NCBI GenBank assembly: GCA_016191015.1
Contig: JACPPM010000301.1
Span: forward strand, 5,472-69,471
DNA from: Acidobacteriota bacterium
GTDB lineage: Bacteria > Acidobacteriota > CAIWXX01
DNA: 64,000 nucleotides
Direction: 5' to 3'
Part shown: piece by piece, positions 1 to 9,388 of the stretch
Layout: every line of letters starts with the position of its first letter
How positions within the stretch are numbered: position 1 is the first letter of the stretch
The notes under the pieces: generated by a model
The model's input: only the letters and a program-made list of their open reading frames with translations
The model's database searches: none
What the model was told of the DNA's origin: nothing
Made by a program: the position numbers and the translations under genes

Positions 1-239
1 AAAGCAAAAGTGAGCCGAAACGGCCCTCTCTGAAACAGAGGACCGAGGTGCTCGTGCGTGAGATGCTCGAGCGCGGCATCTACCTGGAGGAGGCAAAGAA
101 GGAGTTCGAGAAATCCTTCCTGTCGCTCGCCCTTGGCATGGCCTCGCAGAACCAGTGCAAGGCGGCCAAGATCCTGGGCCTCCACCGGAACACGCTTCGT
201 TCCAAACTTCGCCTCTTCGGGCTCGACCACAAGAAGTAG
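1..239 (+). CDS. C-terminal fragment of a sigma-54-dependent Fis-family transcriptional regulator (HTH_8 domain); 5' end lies outside the window
   Basis: Open frame from position 3 to TAG at 237-239. AAKILGLHRNTLRSKL is the Fis-type HTH typical of NtrC-family activators. Confidence 0.6.
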   Translation, partial: SKSEPKRPSLKQRTEVLVREMLERGIYLEEAKKEFEKSFLSLALGMASQNQCKAAKILGLHRNTLRSKLRLFGLDHKK

Positions 240-375
240 CCATTAGTCTTTAGCCCTTAGCCATTAGCTGAGGAACGGGATTCAGGTCATCGGCCGCGGC
301 AGACGGACCACGCCCGAGTGCTATTCGCGCCGGTGGGCCGTTCGGAGCTAGTAGCTAACGGCTAAGGGCTAGCAA
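239..375. repeat. Extragenic palindrome, TTAGCC-heptamer type (copy A). Left arm 239-271 overlaps the TAG stop; right arm 345-375; spacer about 73 bp
   Basis: Left arm agccattagtctttagcccttagccattagctg. The reverse complement of right arm gagctagtagctaacggctaagggctagcaa matches it with 1-2 mismatches. Period-7 NNNTTAG units. Confidence 0.8.
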
Positions 376-459
376 TCTGAATCGCCCCGCTACACTGAGG
401 CATATCTTCAGTGCTCAAGTTTCTCTTGCCAAAACGGTGTCGCTCAAGTAAAAACGGAG

Positions 460-1950
460 TTGGAGACAGTCCGACCGATGTCCGTGCATATAGTTGAAAT
501 CCCTCACCGCGATCTGTTCGTGCGCCTCTTCGGCCCCAATGCGTATGTTGTCGGAGGCCATGTCCGCGACCTGCTGATGGGAAGGGTCAGCAAGGATTTC
601 GACATCCTGATCGCCGGCTTGCCGCTGGAAGAGATCGCCGAGCGGCTGAGGCTGCACGGGCGCCTCGACCTGGTCGGCAGGAGCTTCGGCGTGGTGAAGT
701 TCACGACCAGCGAAGGTGTCGAGTCGCCGATCACATACGATGTGGCGCTGCCCCGGACTGACTACGTCTCCGACTCGAAGACGCGTGACCACCGAGGTTT
801 CGTGGTCCGGGCCGACCCATCGCTTCCGGTGACTGCCGATCTCGAGCGGCGGGACTTCACGATCAACAGCATGGCCATGAGGATATCGGACGGCGAGCTG
901 ATTGACCCGCTCGGCGGGGCGCAAGACATCCAACGGCGGTTGATCCGCATCACGAACCCGGCCACCTTCACGGATGATCCCCTGCGCGTTGTGCGGCTCG
1001 CCCGTTTCGCATCGACTCTGAGCTTCGCTGTCGACCCGGGCCTTTATGAAATGTGCAAGGAGGTGGATCTGATCGGGCTGAGCGTCGAGCGGATTGCCGA
1101 CGAGATGACGAAGATGATCCTGCGTTCGCCCCGCCCCGGTGTCGGCTTCCAGCAGCTGCTGAAGGTGGGGGCACTGAAACAGCTCTTCCCCGAGCTCTAT
1201 GCAATGGCACTGTGCATCCAGGACGCCGTCTTCCATCCGGAAGCGGATGAATATGGGCATCACACGGTTTTTCATCACACGCTTCTGGTGATGGACCAGG
1301 CGCAGCGGCTTTCGGATCTGTTCGATCTGGACGCGCCGCGCCGGATGGTGATGGGGCTCTCAGCGCTCCTTCACGATGTCGCCAAGCCTCAGACGACGGC
1401 CTGGGAGTACAAGCACGGCAGGCTCTGCCTCACCTCGGCCAAGCATGACGTCCTGGGGGCGCAGATGGCCGAGCAGTTTTTAAAGCGGTTCAGAGTCTTC
1501 TCATATGAAGGGATCGATGTGCAGCAACTGGTGTGCTCAATCGTGAGAGCGCACTTGCGACCCCTTGAGTTATGGGCAAATCGGGACTCGGTCACAAAGA
1601 AGGCCTTCGCACGGCTCGCTACCGACGTGGATGGCGAGACCGATTTGCTGGTGCTCTTCGACCAGGCGGATCGGGCCGGGCGGCGTGAGGAGCTCATAGA
1701 AAAGCTCGACGACATCGCCGCGTGGCTCATGGCGACTTTTCGCGAATACAAGATCAGCCGCGAGACGCTGCGGCCGGTCGTCCATGGACGCGATCTGCTC
1801 GAGATCGGCTTCCTCCCGGGTCCCGAGATGGGACGGGTCCTGAAAGAGCTGCACGGCATGCAGATCGACGGAGTGTTCGAGACGCGTGAACAGGGCGTGG
1901 AATTGGCCCGAGGGGTCTCCTTGAGGCTTTTCGGCAGGGAAGTGTGTTGA
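460..1950 (+). CDS. cca: CCA-adding tRNA nucleotidyltransferase (poly(A) polymerase head domain plus HD domain)
   Basis: GGHVRDLLMG...DFDI nucleotidyltransferase motif, RRDFTINSMA, and an HD motif (HHTLLV...LLHDVAKP). Confidence 0.85.
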   Translation: METVRPMSVHIVEIPHRDLFVRLFGPNAYVVGGHVRDLLMGRVSKDFDILIAGLPLEEIAERLRLHGRLDLVGRSFGVVKFTTSEGVESPITYDVALPRTDYVSDSKTRDHRGFVVRADPSLPVTADLERRDFTINSMAMRISDGELIDPLGGAQDIQRRLIRITNPATFTDDPLRVVRLARFASTLSFAVDPGLYEMCKEVDLIGLSVERIADEMTKMILRSPRPGVGFQQLLKVGALKQLFPELYAMALCIQDAVFHPEADEYGHHTVFHHTLLVMDQAQRLSDLFDLDAPRRMVMGLSALLHDVAKPQTTAWEYKHGRLCLTSAKHDVLGAQMAEQFLKRFRVFSYEGIDVQQLVCSIVRAHLRPLELWANRDSVTKKAFARLATDVDGETDLLVLFDQADRAGRREELIEKLDDIAAWLMATFREYKISRETLRPVVHGRDLLEIGFLPGPEMGRVLKELHGMQIDGVFETREQGVELARGVSLRLFGREVC

Positions 1951-2651
1951 ACGAGACGCTCTCGGCCGGCTCGGTGGGGGACGCTCTCCTTGCCCGTCGG
2001 TTCATGATCCTCTGCGGAGTGCTCCTCGCCGCCTCCTTCTACTATCTGCTCCGGTCGATCGTGCTCGCGGTCCGATCAGCGTATCGTCGGCTCAGCCGGC
2101 AGCCCGGATGGGCGGTCGAACGAGTCGGGGCGCATTTTGCGATGATCGCGGCATGGGCATTCGTGCTTGCCATCGCTGGTATCCTCCTGGCATTCGCCGT
2201 GAATCTCGGCTCGTCGTACCAGCCGATCCAGGGGGCACGAGCGGCCGGGAGCGTCGTATTTTCGAAGGGGAGCGTGGTTTTCAGTCCGGGTCCCGGCTAT
2301 CCGGGCAGACCTGCGAAAATACCTCTTGCGAAAAGGCAGTATGCCGTCGAAGGCAATATTCTACTGTTCCACCGCGTTTTGGAGATTGCGGGCCTGCCCT
2401 CTTCACACCGCATCGTCGCGATCGTGGGCCGGGATGGTCCGGCGATACCTGACCGAGCCTCCCGCCAGGGCGCCGTCGGGAATCACGACCCGTTCTTCGG
2501 GGCCATTCAGAAGATCGACCCGTACATTCCGTTCATCCAGGCCCGGGTCGTGAGATCTCCCTTCATGAATCGATCAGACGGGAAGCTCACCCTCTACGCT
2601 TTCGAAGGCGGCTACTCTTTCCTATCACCGGGAAAACCGGAGGATCTGTAG
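1944..2651 (+). CDS. Hypothetical membrane protein
   Basis: Long ORF overlapping the cca stop by 7 bp; two predicted TM helices; no recognisable domain. Confidence 0.35.
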   Translation: MLNETLSAGSVGDALLARRFMILCGVLLAASFYYLLRSIVLAVRSAYRRLSRQPGWAVERVGAHFAMIAAWAFVLAIAGILLAFAVNLGSSYQPIQGARAAGSVVFSKGSVVFSPGPGYPGRPAKIPLAKRQYAVEGNILLFHRVLEIAGLPSSHRIVAIVGRDGPAIPDRASRQGAVGNHDPFFGAIQKIDPYIPFIQARVVRSPFMNRSDGKLTLYAFEGGYSFLSPGKPEDL

Positions 2652-2652
2652 G

Positions 2653-3186
2653 GTGTTGGAGCCGGCCAGAGAGGAGCTGTTCGAAAAGGTCTTCAGGGAG
2701 CAGGCGACAAAAATCTTCAGGTGGGTGTACAAGAGATGCGGGAGCCGCGAGGTAAGCCAGGACGTGACATCGGAATGCTTCATCCGGACCTTCGAGCGGT
2801 ACTCGGGGAGCGAGACCGACATTACCCGGATTCTGTTCCGGGTTGCGGATAACCTACTGAAGGATCACTTCCGCGAACGATTGCGAAAGGACCGCTTGGC
2901 GGATCGGCTGCGCACAGAGAGGGACGAACAGATCAATCCGAGCCCCGAGACAGATGCGGTCGAGGCCGAGGACGAGTGTGAGACGGTGAGCGCGGCCGGC
3001 AGGATCAGGAGTATTCTCGAGGGCTCCGAGCGTCTGAACGAAAACCACAAGCGCTATCTGTTCATGCGCCTCTTTCAGAACAAGATGCCCAAGGAGATTG
3101 CCAGCGAACTGTCCACGGATTACGTACAAGTGAAGAACTATCTCCAGTACGGCCTCAAGATACTCAAAGAGGAGCTGAAACGGTGA
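2653..3186 (+). CDS. ECF-family RNA polymerase sigma-70 factor
   Basis: Sigma-70 region 2 and region 4 like layout; GTG start; followed by a cognate anti-sigma gene. Noticeably lower GC than neighbouring genes. Confidence 0.75.
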   Translation: MLEPAREELFEKVFREQATKIFRWVYKRCGSREVSQDVTSECFIRTFERYSGSETDITRILFRVADNLLKDHFRERLRKDRLADRLRTERDEQINPSPETDAVEAEDECETVSAAGRIRSILEGSERLNENHKRYLFMRLFQNKMPKEIASELSTDYVQVKNYLQYGLKILKEELKR

Positions 3187-3345
3187 TCGGCGTGGGTCAG
3201 ACTGGGAGCGGCGCGACCTTCTACTTCCAAAACTTTTTTCATGCTCCCCGGGACCGATGGCGTTATAGTATTGGATGGAAGTGATGTGCAAGAGGTTGAG
3301 CGAAGAGGTGAGTGGGAGCTAAGTGGTTGAAATAGCGGAGGCAAT

Positions 3346-4080
3346 ATGGCAGATCGACTGAGCGAAATGGAATGCGAGATCATCAAACAGTACAGCGCTG
3401 ACTTCTCGGAGGGTACTGTCGATCGACGCCTCGGCTGCGCCGGAGAGGTTGAGCTCCGTGCATACCAATTCGGTTACATGCCGCTTGTTGAAAGAATTCG
3501 TACGTATTTCCACGTGCGCGGATGCGTCCACTGTTATGCCCGGACAACCGCTCTCGAAGCCGATGACTCTTGTCCGGACGTTCCGATGAGCCTGATCCGA
3601 GCGCGAGCACTTACGAAGCTCTCGGAAGGTACTGTGACGACGAGGTCGTGGTGGAAGGCACCCTCCTTCGCGGGCGCGGCGGCGACACTGGCGATCGTGG
3701 CGCTTTCGGCCGGCATCTTCATGCGCGGGACAGCCGAGCATTCGCCGGTCTACCGCGGGACTGAGTACCTCATCACAGCCCAGGTCGATCGTGCACCGGG
3801 GAAGGCAGTGGTCATCCGGTGGAAGAGCATTGCGAACGCCGCCTACTACAATCTGGATATTTACCGAGCGGACCTCGAGGGCGTGGTTTTCAAGACACGG
3901 CTGACTACGACGAAATACGGGCTGAGCGATGAAGAGATGGGCCAGCTGGAAACGGGAAAGTCATACTACTGCCGGATCGAGGCGATGAACGACCTGAACG
4001 AACGGCTCGCCGCGTCGCGCAGCATGTCGTTCTCGGTCGGACCCGGGACCTCGGGCATCCTTGCGACATCGGCCGAATAA
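3346..4080 (+). CDS. Anti-sigma factor, zf-HC2 type, with one TM helix and a periplasmic domain
   Basis: HVRGCVHCY zinc-finger (HxxxCxxC) motif and the TM helix APSFAGAAATLAIVALSAGIF. Sits directly downstream of the ECF sigma gene. Confidence 0.7.
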   Translation: MADRLSEMECEIIKQYSADFSEGTVDRRLGCAGEVELRAYQFGYMPLVERIRTYFHVRGCVHCYARTTALEADDSCPDVPMSLIRARALTKLSEGTVTTRSWWKAPSFAGAAATLAIVALSAGIFMRGTAEHSPVYRGTEYLITAQVDRAPGKAVVIRWKSIANAAYYNLDIYRADLEGVVFKTRLTTTKYGLSDEEMGQLETGKSYYCRIEAMNDLNERLAASRSMSFSVGPGTSGILATSAE

Positions 4081-4387
4081 GTTGACCGTCGCGCGTGAGG
4101 GCGGTAGGCGCCGACCCAGGCAGCTGTGTCGATCCGTCTGGTCCTGCTTTCCTGAAAGGCGCCCGTAGGGCTCTAGGCTCGTCGCAGGATTGCGCCTGCG
4201 ACGAGAGGCCGCGTTGTGGCGCCGGGAGACCGGAAGGGAAAACTGCAGATTGCGCGGATTCCGCAGAGTTCCCGGAGCACGCATCTCGCTTCCGTTTGCG
4301 CTCAGCGGTCGGATCTCTGTAACGCCTCAGTGGAGTGGGGCGACTGTCCATCCTTGAACCAGACGTGGGCAAGTCCCCTTCCGGTCC

Positions 4388-4454
4388 AACGCAAAGACGC
4401 AAAGCCACCAAGATCGGTCCAGAGCTTCTTTGCGGCTTTGCGCCTTTGCGTTTG
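4388..4454. repeat. Palindrome with CGCAAAG(N) octamer-repeat arms (copy K)
   Basis: caacgcaaagacgcaaagcc ... ctttgcggctttgcgcctttgcgtttg; arms are reverse complements; 20 bp spacer. Confidence 0.7.
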
Positions 4455-4651
4455 AAAGGGTCTCGATACAATGCCGCTATCCCGACCTCGTCACAACCCA
4501 TGCGATCACCCCCACACCACTGAGGCACTACGGATCACTGAAATCTGCGGTTGTCCGGCTTCGGTCTCCTGATATAAGATCCCCTGCGGACTGATGGCAT
4601 TCCCGGTGATCTGCAAGCACTCTGAAAGGAGCATCCGAGGTGGGTAGGACG

Positions 4652-5689
4652 ATGAAGGCAATCGTCAAGGAGACGGCGGGCCCAGGGCTGCGGTTGGTCG
4701 ACCGACCCGTGCCCGACTACGGGCCCGGGGAGGTACTGATCAAGGTTGATTCCGCATCGATCTGCGGCACGGACGTCCACATCTACGACTGGGACCGGTG
4801 GAGCTCAGAGAGGCTGCACCCACCTCTGATCGTCGGACATGAATTCTGTGGAACGATCGATTCATCTGGGCTCGGTGTGAAAGGATTGGCGGCCGGGGAC
4901 CGGGTCACCGCCGAGATGCACATCAGTTGCGGGGTTTGCTATCAATGCAAGACCGGGCAGGCCCACATCTGCAAAGACGTCGTGATCAAAGGTGTCGACG
5001 GAGACGGCTGCTTTGCAGAGTACGTGGTGATGCCGTTCGCGAATGTCTGGAAGCTCCATGCGTCGATCCCCGATGAGATCGGTTCGATCCACGATCCCCT
5101 GGGGAATGCGGTGCACACCGTCTTTTCGGCGGAAGTCACGGGATGCTCAGTCGGTGTCCTCGGCTGTGGCCCGATCGGTTGCGCCGCCGTCGCGATTGCC
5201 CGGGCGTGCGGCGCAACTCAGGTGCTCGCCGTGGACATCAACCCGTATCGCCTCGACATCGCTCGTCGGATGGGTGCGGACCGGCTGATAGACTCCCGGG
5301 AGGCATCAGCCCTGCAGTCGGCCGTGGCTGAGACGACGGGTGGAAAAGGGCTGGATGTCATACTAGAGATGTCCGGGAACCCGGACGCCATCCGTGCGGG
5401 GCTCGCGTCTCTGCGCGGGGGCGGCCGCATCGCGCTGCTTGGGCTCCCAAGCAAGCCCGTGGAGATCAACCTTTCGAAGGATGTCATTTTTAAGGGCGCG
5501 ACCGTGCTCGGCATCAATGGCCGCAAGATGTTCGAGACGTGGTACCGGATGGAGGCGCTCATCGCGAGCAAGCGCGTCGATTTCTCGCCCCTGGTCACGC
5601 ACCGGCTTCCGATGAGCGGGTTTGAGCGCGGGATGGAGCTGATGAAATCCGGGAACAGCGGCAAAGTCATCCTCGATCCGCGGAGCTGA
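4652..5689 (+). CDS. tdh: L-threonine 3-dehydrogenase (zinc-dependent MDR family)
   Basis: MKAIVKE...ICGTDVHIY...VGHEFCG; strong global resemblance to Tdh. Alternative GTG start at 4640. Confidence 0.9.
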   Translation: MKAIVKETAGPGLRLVDRPVPDYGPGEVLIKVDSASICGTDVHIYDWDRWSSERLHPPLIVGHEFCGTIDSSGLGVKGLAAGDRVTAEMHISCGVCYQCKTGQAHICKDVVIKGVDGDGCFAEYVVMPFANVWKLHASIPDEIGSIHDPLGNAVHTVFSAEVTGCSVGVLGCGPIGCAAVAIARACGATQVLAVDINPYRLDIARRMGADRLIDSREASALQSAVAETTGGKGLDVILEMSGNPDAIRAGLASLRGGGRIALLGLPSKPVEINLSKDVIFKGATVLGINGRKMFETWYRMEALIASKRVDFSPLVTHRLPMSGFERGMELMKSGNSGKVILDPRS

Positions 5690-5724
5690 AGTCGGCGCCG
5701 GGGATTGTGGTTTTCGGAGGAGAA

Positions 5725-5895
5725 ATGGCGATCGATGCAGAGCTGCTCGAGATTCTGGCGTGCCCCGTGTGCAAGACCGGTCTGGAATTGAAACCCGACC
5801 AGTCCGGCCTGAAATGCAATCAATGCAAGCGGGTCTACCCGATCAAGGACGACATACCGGTCATGCTGGTCGACGAAGCTACGATCGAGGAGTAG
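5725..5895 (+). CDS. Trm112/YcaR-family small zinc-ribbon protein
   Basis: LLEILACPVCK...LKCNQCKRVYPIKDDIPVML is the UPF0434/Trm112 signature. SD sequence ggagga upstream of ATG 5725. Confidence 0.7.
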   Translation: MAIDAELLEILACPVCKTGLELKPDQSGLKCNQCKRVYPIKDDIPVMLVDEATIEE

Positions 5896-5931
5896 CGCGC
5901 AGGAACAAGGGTCCCGCCCCCCGGCGATCAG

Positions 5932-7047
5932 ATGACGCGTGCCTTCTCGGACCCGTCGGCGAGAATCCTCGCACTTCGATTTCGGCTTCTCGGCGACATC
6001 ATTCTGACGACTCCGGCGCTTCGACTCCTGCGTGATCGGTTTCCGAATGCGACGATCGATTACGTGGCGGAGCCGGAATTTGATGAGGTTCTCCGCGGGT
6101 TGCCGTCGATCGACGAGGTCGTGCGCTACGATCGAGCGCGCATCAAGAATTCGGTGATGGGTGCCGCCGGCATCGCGTTTGCTCGCTCACTCCGCGGACG
6201 TTCCTATGATGTGGCGATCGACCTGCACGGCGGACCGCGCAGCGCGCTCCAGACCCTCGCCAGCGGCGCCCCGTTGAGGATCGGGTACTCGGGCCCTCAC
6301 GGGGTATTTTGCTACAACAGTAGAATTCCAAGACGACCTCCCGGGGGTCGCATCCACAGCGTTCTCCAGCAGCTACGGCTCCTCGCCCCGCTCGGCATCC
6401 ATCCCGGCCAGCGGATTCCGTGCGTGGAGATGGCCGAGCCTGGCGGGGAGGCGCACGAGAGGGCGGAGAGACTGGTCGCGCGGGCCAGGGAGTCCGGCTG
6501 CGAAGGTATCGCGGCGATCCACGTTCCGTCGGCCAATCCATTTCGCAACTGGGGCGTGGAGAGGATCGCCGGTGTCGCTCGCGGGGTCGCCGCGCTCGGC
6601 CTGCGGCCTGTTTTCGTCGGAGGGGCGGATGGGGAGAGCGTGTATCGGCAGATGGTGAGCAGGATTGGGGTGCAGGCTGTGTCGCTCCTGGCCCAGACGA
6701 CGCCGCTCGAGCTTCGAGCCGTGGTTGCGAGGAGCCGAGTCTTCATCGGCGTGGACAGCGGGCCGATGCATGTGGCCGCCACGACGCCGACGCCGATCGT
6801 TGCCGTGTTCGGTCCGAATGTGCCGGAGACGAGTGGACCGTGGACCGACAGGGCGACGATCGTGCAGGAAGCGGTCGACTGTCGTCCCTGCGACCAGAGT
6901 CGCTGTGTCTACGGTGACTATCGGTGCTTCGGCAGATTGGACTCGGACCGGATTGTGGGAGCGGTCGAGCGCTGGGTAAAGGCTGACTTGTCGCCGCGCC
7001 CGCGGGATCTCCCGGCCAGCCTGTACGGGAACGCGGTCTCGGGATAG
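5932..7047 (+). CDS. Glycosyltransferase family 9 (ADP-heptose:LPS heptosyltransferase-like)
   Basis: RFRLLGDIILTTPALRLLRDRFP N-terminus and a C-terminal GVDSGPMHVAA motif typical of RfaF/RfaC-type GT9 enzymes. Confidence 0.8.
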   Translation: MTRAFSDPSARILALRFRLLGDIILTTPALRLLRDRFPNATIDYVAEPEFDEVLRGLPSIDEVVRYDRARIKNSVMGAAGIAFARSLRGRSYDVAIDLHGGPRSALQTLASGAPLRIGYSGPHGVFCYNSRIPRRPPGGRIHSVLQQLRLLAPLGIHPGQRIPCVEMAEPGGEAHERAERLVARARESGCEGIAAIHVPSANPFRNWGVERIAGVARGVAALGLRPVFVGGADGESVYRQMVSRIGVQAVSLLAQTTPLELRAVVARSRVFIGVDSGPMHVAATTPTPIVAVFGPNVPETSGPWTDRATIVQEAVDCRPCDQSRCVYGDYRCFGRLDSDRIVGAVERWVKADLSPRPRDLPASLYGNAVSG

Positions 7048-7082
7048 AATGCTCGGGATGTTGTGGATGACTGGTTCTTGGC

Positions 7083-8237
7083 ATGAGCTGGCGTGATCAT
7101 CCGATCCTGCTGAAGGGGCTTCCGGCCTGCTTCATCCTTCTCTTTGTTCTCTCCCTCCCCGTGTCGATCGCGGCAGCGGAGATCTGCCTCGCGGTTCTCT
7201 TCGCTCTTCTCGTCGTGACCTTCCGCGGCCGACGTCTCTCGGATGCCGGGACGATCACGGTTCCGCTCATCCTGTACTCAGGCTTCTCGATGATATCGGC
7301 CGTATTTTCGCTCAACCTCGAACACAGCCTGCCGGACATCAGGAGCCTGCTGCTGTTCGCGACCCCGTTCATCATCGCCTATTTCAAGGCGTCGATCCCG
7401 CGCCTGCGCGATCAGGTGATGGTGCTCTACGTCGGTGCCGGTGCCAGTTCGGCTTACGGTCTCTACCAGTACTGGACGAGCGATGGAGAGCGTGCGACCG
7501 GGTTCATGAGTCACTACATGACATTCGCTGAGCAGATGATGATGGTCGGCGGGGTCGCCTTCGCCGCCGTTTTGTACGAGAAGGGGAAATGGCGCTGGGT
7601 CTCAGGGTTCGTTCTGGTCCTGCTCGTGGCCGGCTGCGCCGCGTCTCTGACGCGATCCGCCTGGATCGCAATCGTCGCCGGTGTCGTCGCACTCGTCGCG
7701 GTCAAGAAACCGCTGTTGACCCTGGCGATCCCACCCGCGGCGGCTCTGATCCTGCTGGTGGCGCCTCCCGAGGTACGGCAGCGTGCGTCTACGATTTTCG
7801 ATCCGACCATGACGACCAACCGCGATCGGATTCTCATGGTCAAGAGTGGTCTGGCGATGGTGCGAGACCACCCGTTGTTGGGCGTGGGGCCTGACGTCGT
7901 CGGGCTCGCCTATCCAGAGTACAAGGCCCCGGAGGCAACACCCGGGGCGGTCCACCTGCACAACAACATCATCCAGATCGCGGCCGAGCGCGGTCTGCCC
8001 GCGCTGGCCGCCTGGTTGTACCTCATGGCCGCGGCAGGAATCGCCAGCTACCGGCTCATCCGCAGCAGGCCTGCCGCAGCGCCCTACGCCGCGTCCGCCC
8101 TCTTCGCCGTCGTCGGGATGTTTGTGTCGGGTCTGTTCGAGTTCAATTTCGAGGATTCGGAAATCAAGCTGCTCTTCCTCTTTCTCCTCACCCTCATGTT
8201 TCTCGCGCGCGAGGGCCATGGAACTGAAGCGCGCTAG
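7083..8237 (+). CDS. O-antigen ligase-like (Wzy_C / WaaL family) polytopic membrane protein
   Basis: About 10 TM helices; LTRSAWIAIVAGVV motif region; flanked by the GT9 and heptose kinase genes. Confidence 0.65.
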   Translation: MSWRDHPILLKGLPACFILLFVLSLPVSIAAAEICLAVLFALLVVTFRGRRLSDAGTITVPLILYSGFSMISAVFSLNLEHSLPDIRSLLLFATPFIIAYFKASIPRLRDQVMVLYVGAGASSAYGLYQYWTSDGERATGFMSHYMTFAEQMMMVGGVAFAAVLYEKGKWRWVSGFVLVLLVAGCAASLTRSAWIAIVAGVVALVAVKKPLLTLAIPPAAALILLVAPPEVRQRASTIFDPTMTTNRDRILMVKSGLAMVRDHPLLGVGPDVVGLAYPEYKAPEATPGAVHLHNNIIQIAAERGLPALAAWLYLMAAAGIASYRLIRSRPAAAPYAASALFAVVGMFVSGLFEFNFEDSEIKLLFLFLLTLMFLAREGHGTEAR

Positions 8238-9189
8238 GCGGATCGTCTCGGCATTCAGAGGGGCGAGAATCTGCGTCCTCGGTGACGTGATGCTCGACCT
8301 CTTCGTGCGCGGCACGGTGAGCAGGATTTCGCCTGAGGCGCCTGTCCCGGTCGTCGAAATCGTCTCGGAGGATTTCTGTCTTGGCGGCGCCGGCAATGTC
8401 GCTCACAACATCGCCTCCCTGGGCGGCGACCCGTTCCTGGTCTCCGTGACCGGGAGCGATCACAATGGAGAACGACTCCGCGCGGTGATGGGCCAGTGCG
8501 GGCTGCGTACCGATGGTATCTTGAGCGATCCCAGGCGCCCGACTGTCGTCAAAAGCCGCATCATCGCTCACAACCAGCAGATGATCCGCGTGGACCGCGA
8601 ATGTCAGTCGCCGGTCGCCGCGGGTGTCGTACGCCGACTGGTCGCGATCCTTGAAGAGAACATCAGAGGCTCACGAGCGGTGCTGGTGTCCGACTACGCC
8701 AAGGGGACCGTCACACGCGCCACCATTGCGCCGGCTCGCCGCGCCGGCGGAATCCCGGTCCTCGTGGACCCCAAAGTTGCAAGCGCCAACCTCTACAAGG
8801 GCGCGACGATCGTGACCCCGAACCTCAAGGAGGCGGAGAGGATGGGTTTGGGGGAGATCGTGGATGACGCCAGCCTGAAGAGGGTGGCCCGGCGAATCAT
8901 GAGCCGATTGCAGTGCCCGCACTTGCTGATCACGAGAGGCGAGGACGGTATGACGCTCTGCGATCGCGCGTCCGGGGAAGTCACCCACATTCCCGCCCAA
9001 GCGCGCGAGGTCTATGACGTGACGGGTGCCGGTGACACCGTGATAGCGACACTTGCCCTGGCCCGCGCGGCGGGAGCCACCTGGCTGGAGGGCGCAACGC
9101 TCGCAAACCATGCTGCCGGTATCGTAGTCGGCAGGCTTGGCACCGCGACGGTCACATCGGAGGAGCTGCTGGCGAGTGTCGGCGCGTGA
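8218..9189 (+). CDS. hldA: D-glycero-beta-D-manno-heptose-7-phosphate kinase (RfaE domain I only; monofunctional HldA-type)
   Basis: PfkB/ribokinase-family carbohydrate kinase with GAGNVA and DVTGAGD motifs. The ATG at 8218 overlaps the upstream gene end by 20 bp. The ORF-track start at 7846 is an N-terminal over-extension. Confidence 0.8.
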   Translation: MELKRARRIVSAFRGARICVLGDVMLDLFVRGTVSRISPEAPVPVVEIVSEDFCLGGAGNVAHNIASLGGDPFLVSVTGSDHNGERLRAVMGQCGLRTDGILSDPRRPTVVKSRIIAHNQQMIRVDRECQSPVAAGVVRRLVAILEENIRGSRAVLVSDYAKGTVTRATIAPARRAGGIPVLVDPKVASANLYKGATIVTPNLKEAERMGLGEIVDDASLKRVARRIMSRLQCPHLLITRGEDGMTLCDRASGEVTHIPAQAREVYDVTGAGDTVIATLALARAAGATWLEGATLANHAAGIVVGRLGTATVTSEELLASVGA

Positions 9190-9388
9190 CACGGGGCCGT
9201 GCAGAGCGTGGAGGCGGAGCCCTGAGCGAAGCGAAGGGGTGAGAGCGTTCTTCCGAGCCACTCTGGTAGGTTCGAGGCGACTGCTCCGTTCCTGCATTCC
9301 TCTCCTCCTGCTTTCCTTAGAGGGATCGGGAGGATTCAGCATTGTCAAGAATCTTGCGATTTCGTGTCAACACGCAACCTGTAAGACA

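Noticed and set aside
415-1278. 287-aa minus-strand ORF inside cca
   Set aside because: Antisense to the CCA-adding enzyme gene.
7846-8217. N-terminal 124-codon extension of the heptose kinase ORF
   Set aside because: The extension lies entirely inside the upstream membrane-protein gene in another frame. Conserved kinase sequence begins at M 8218.
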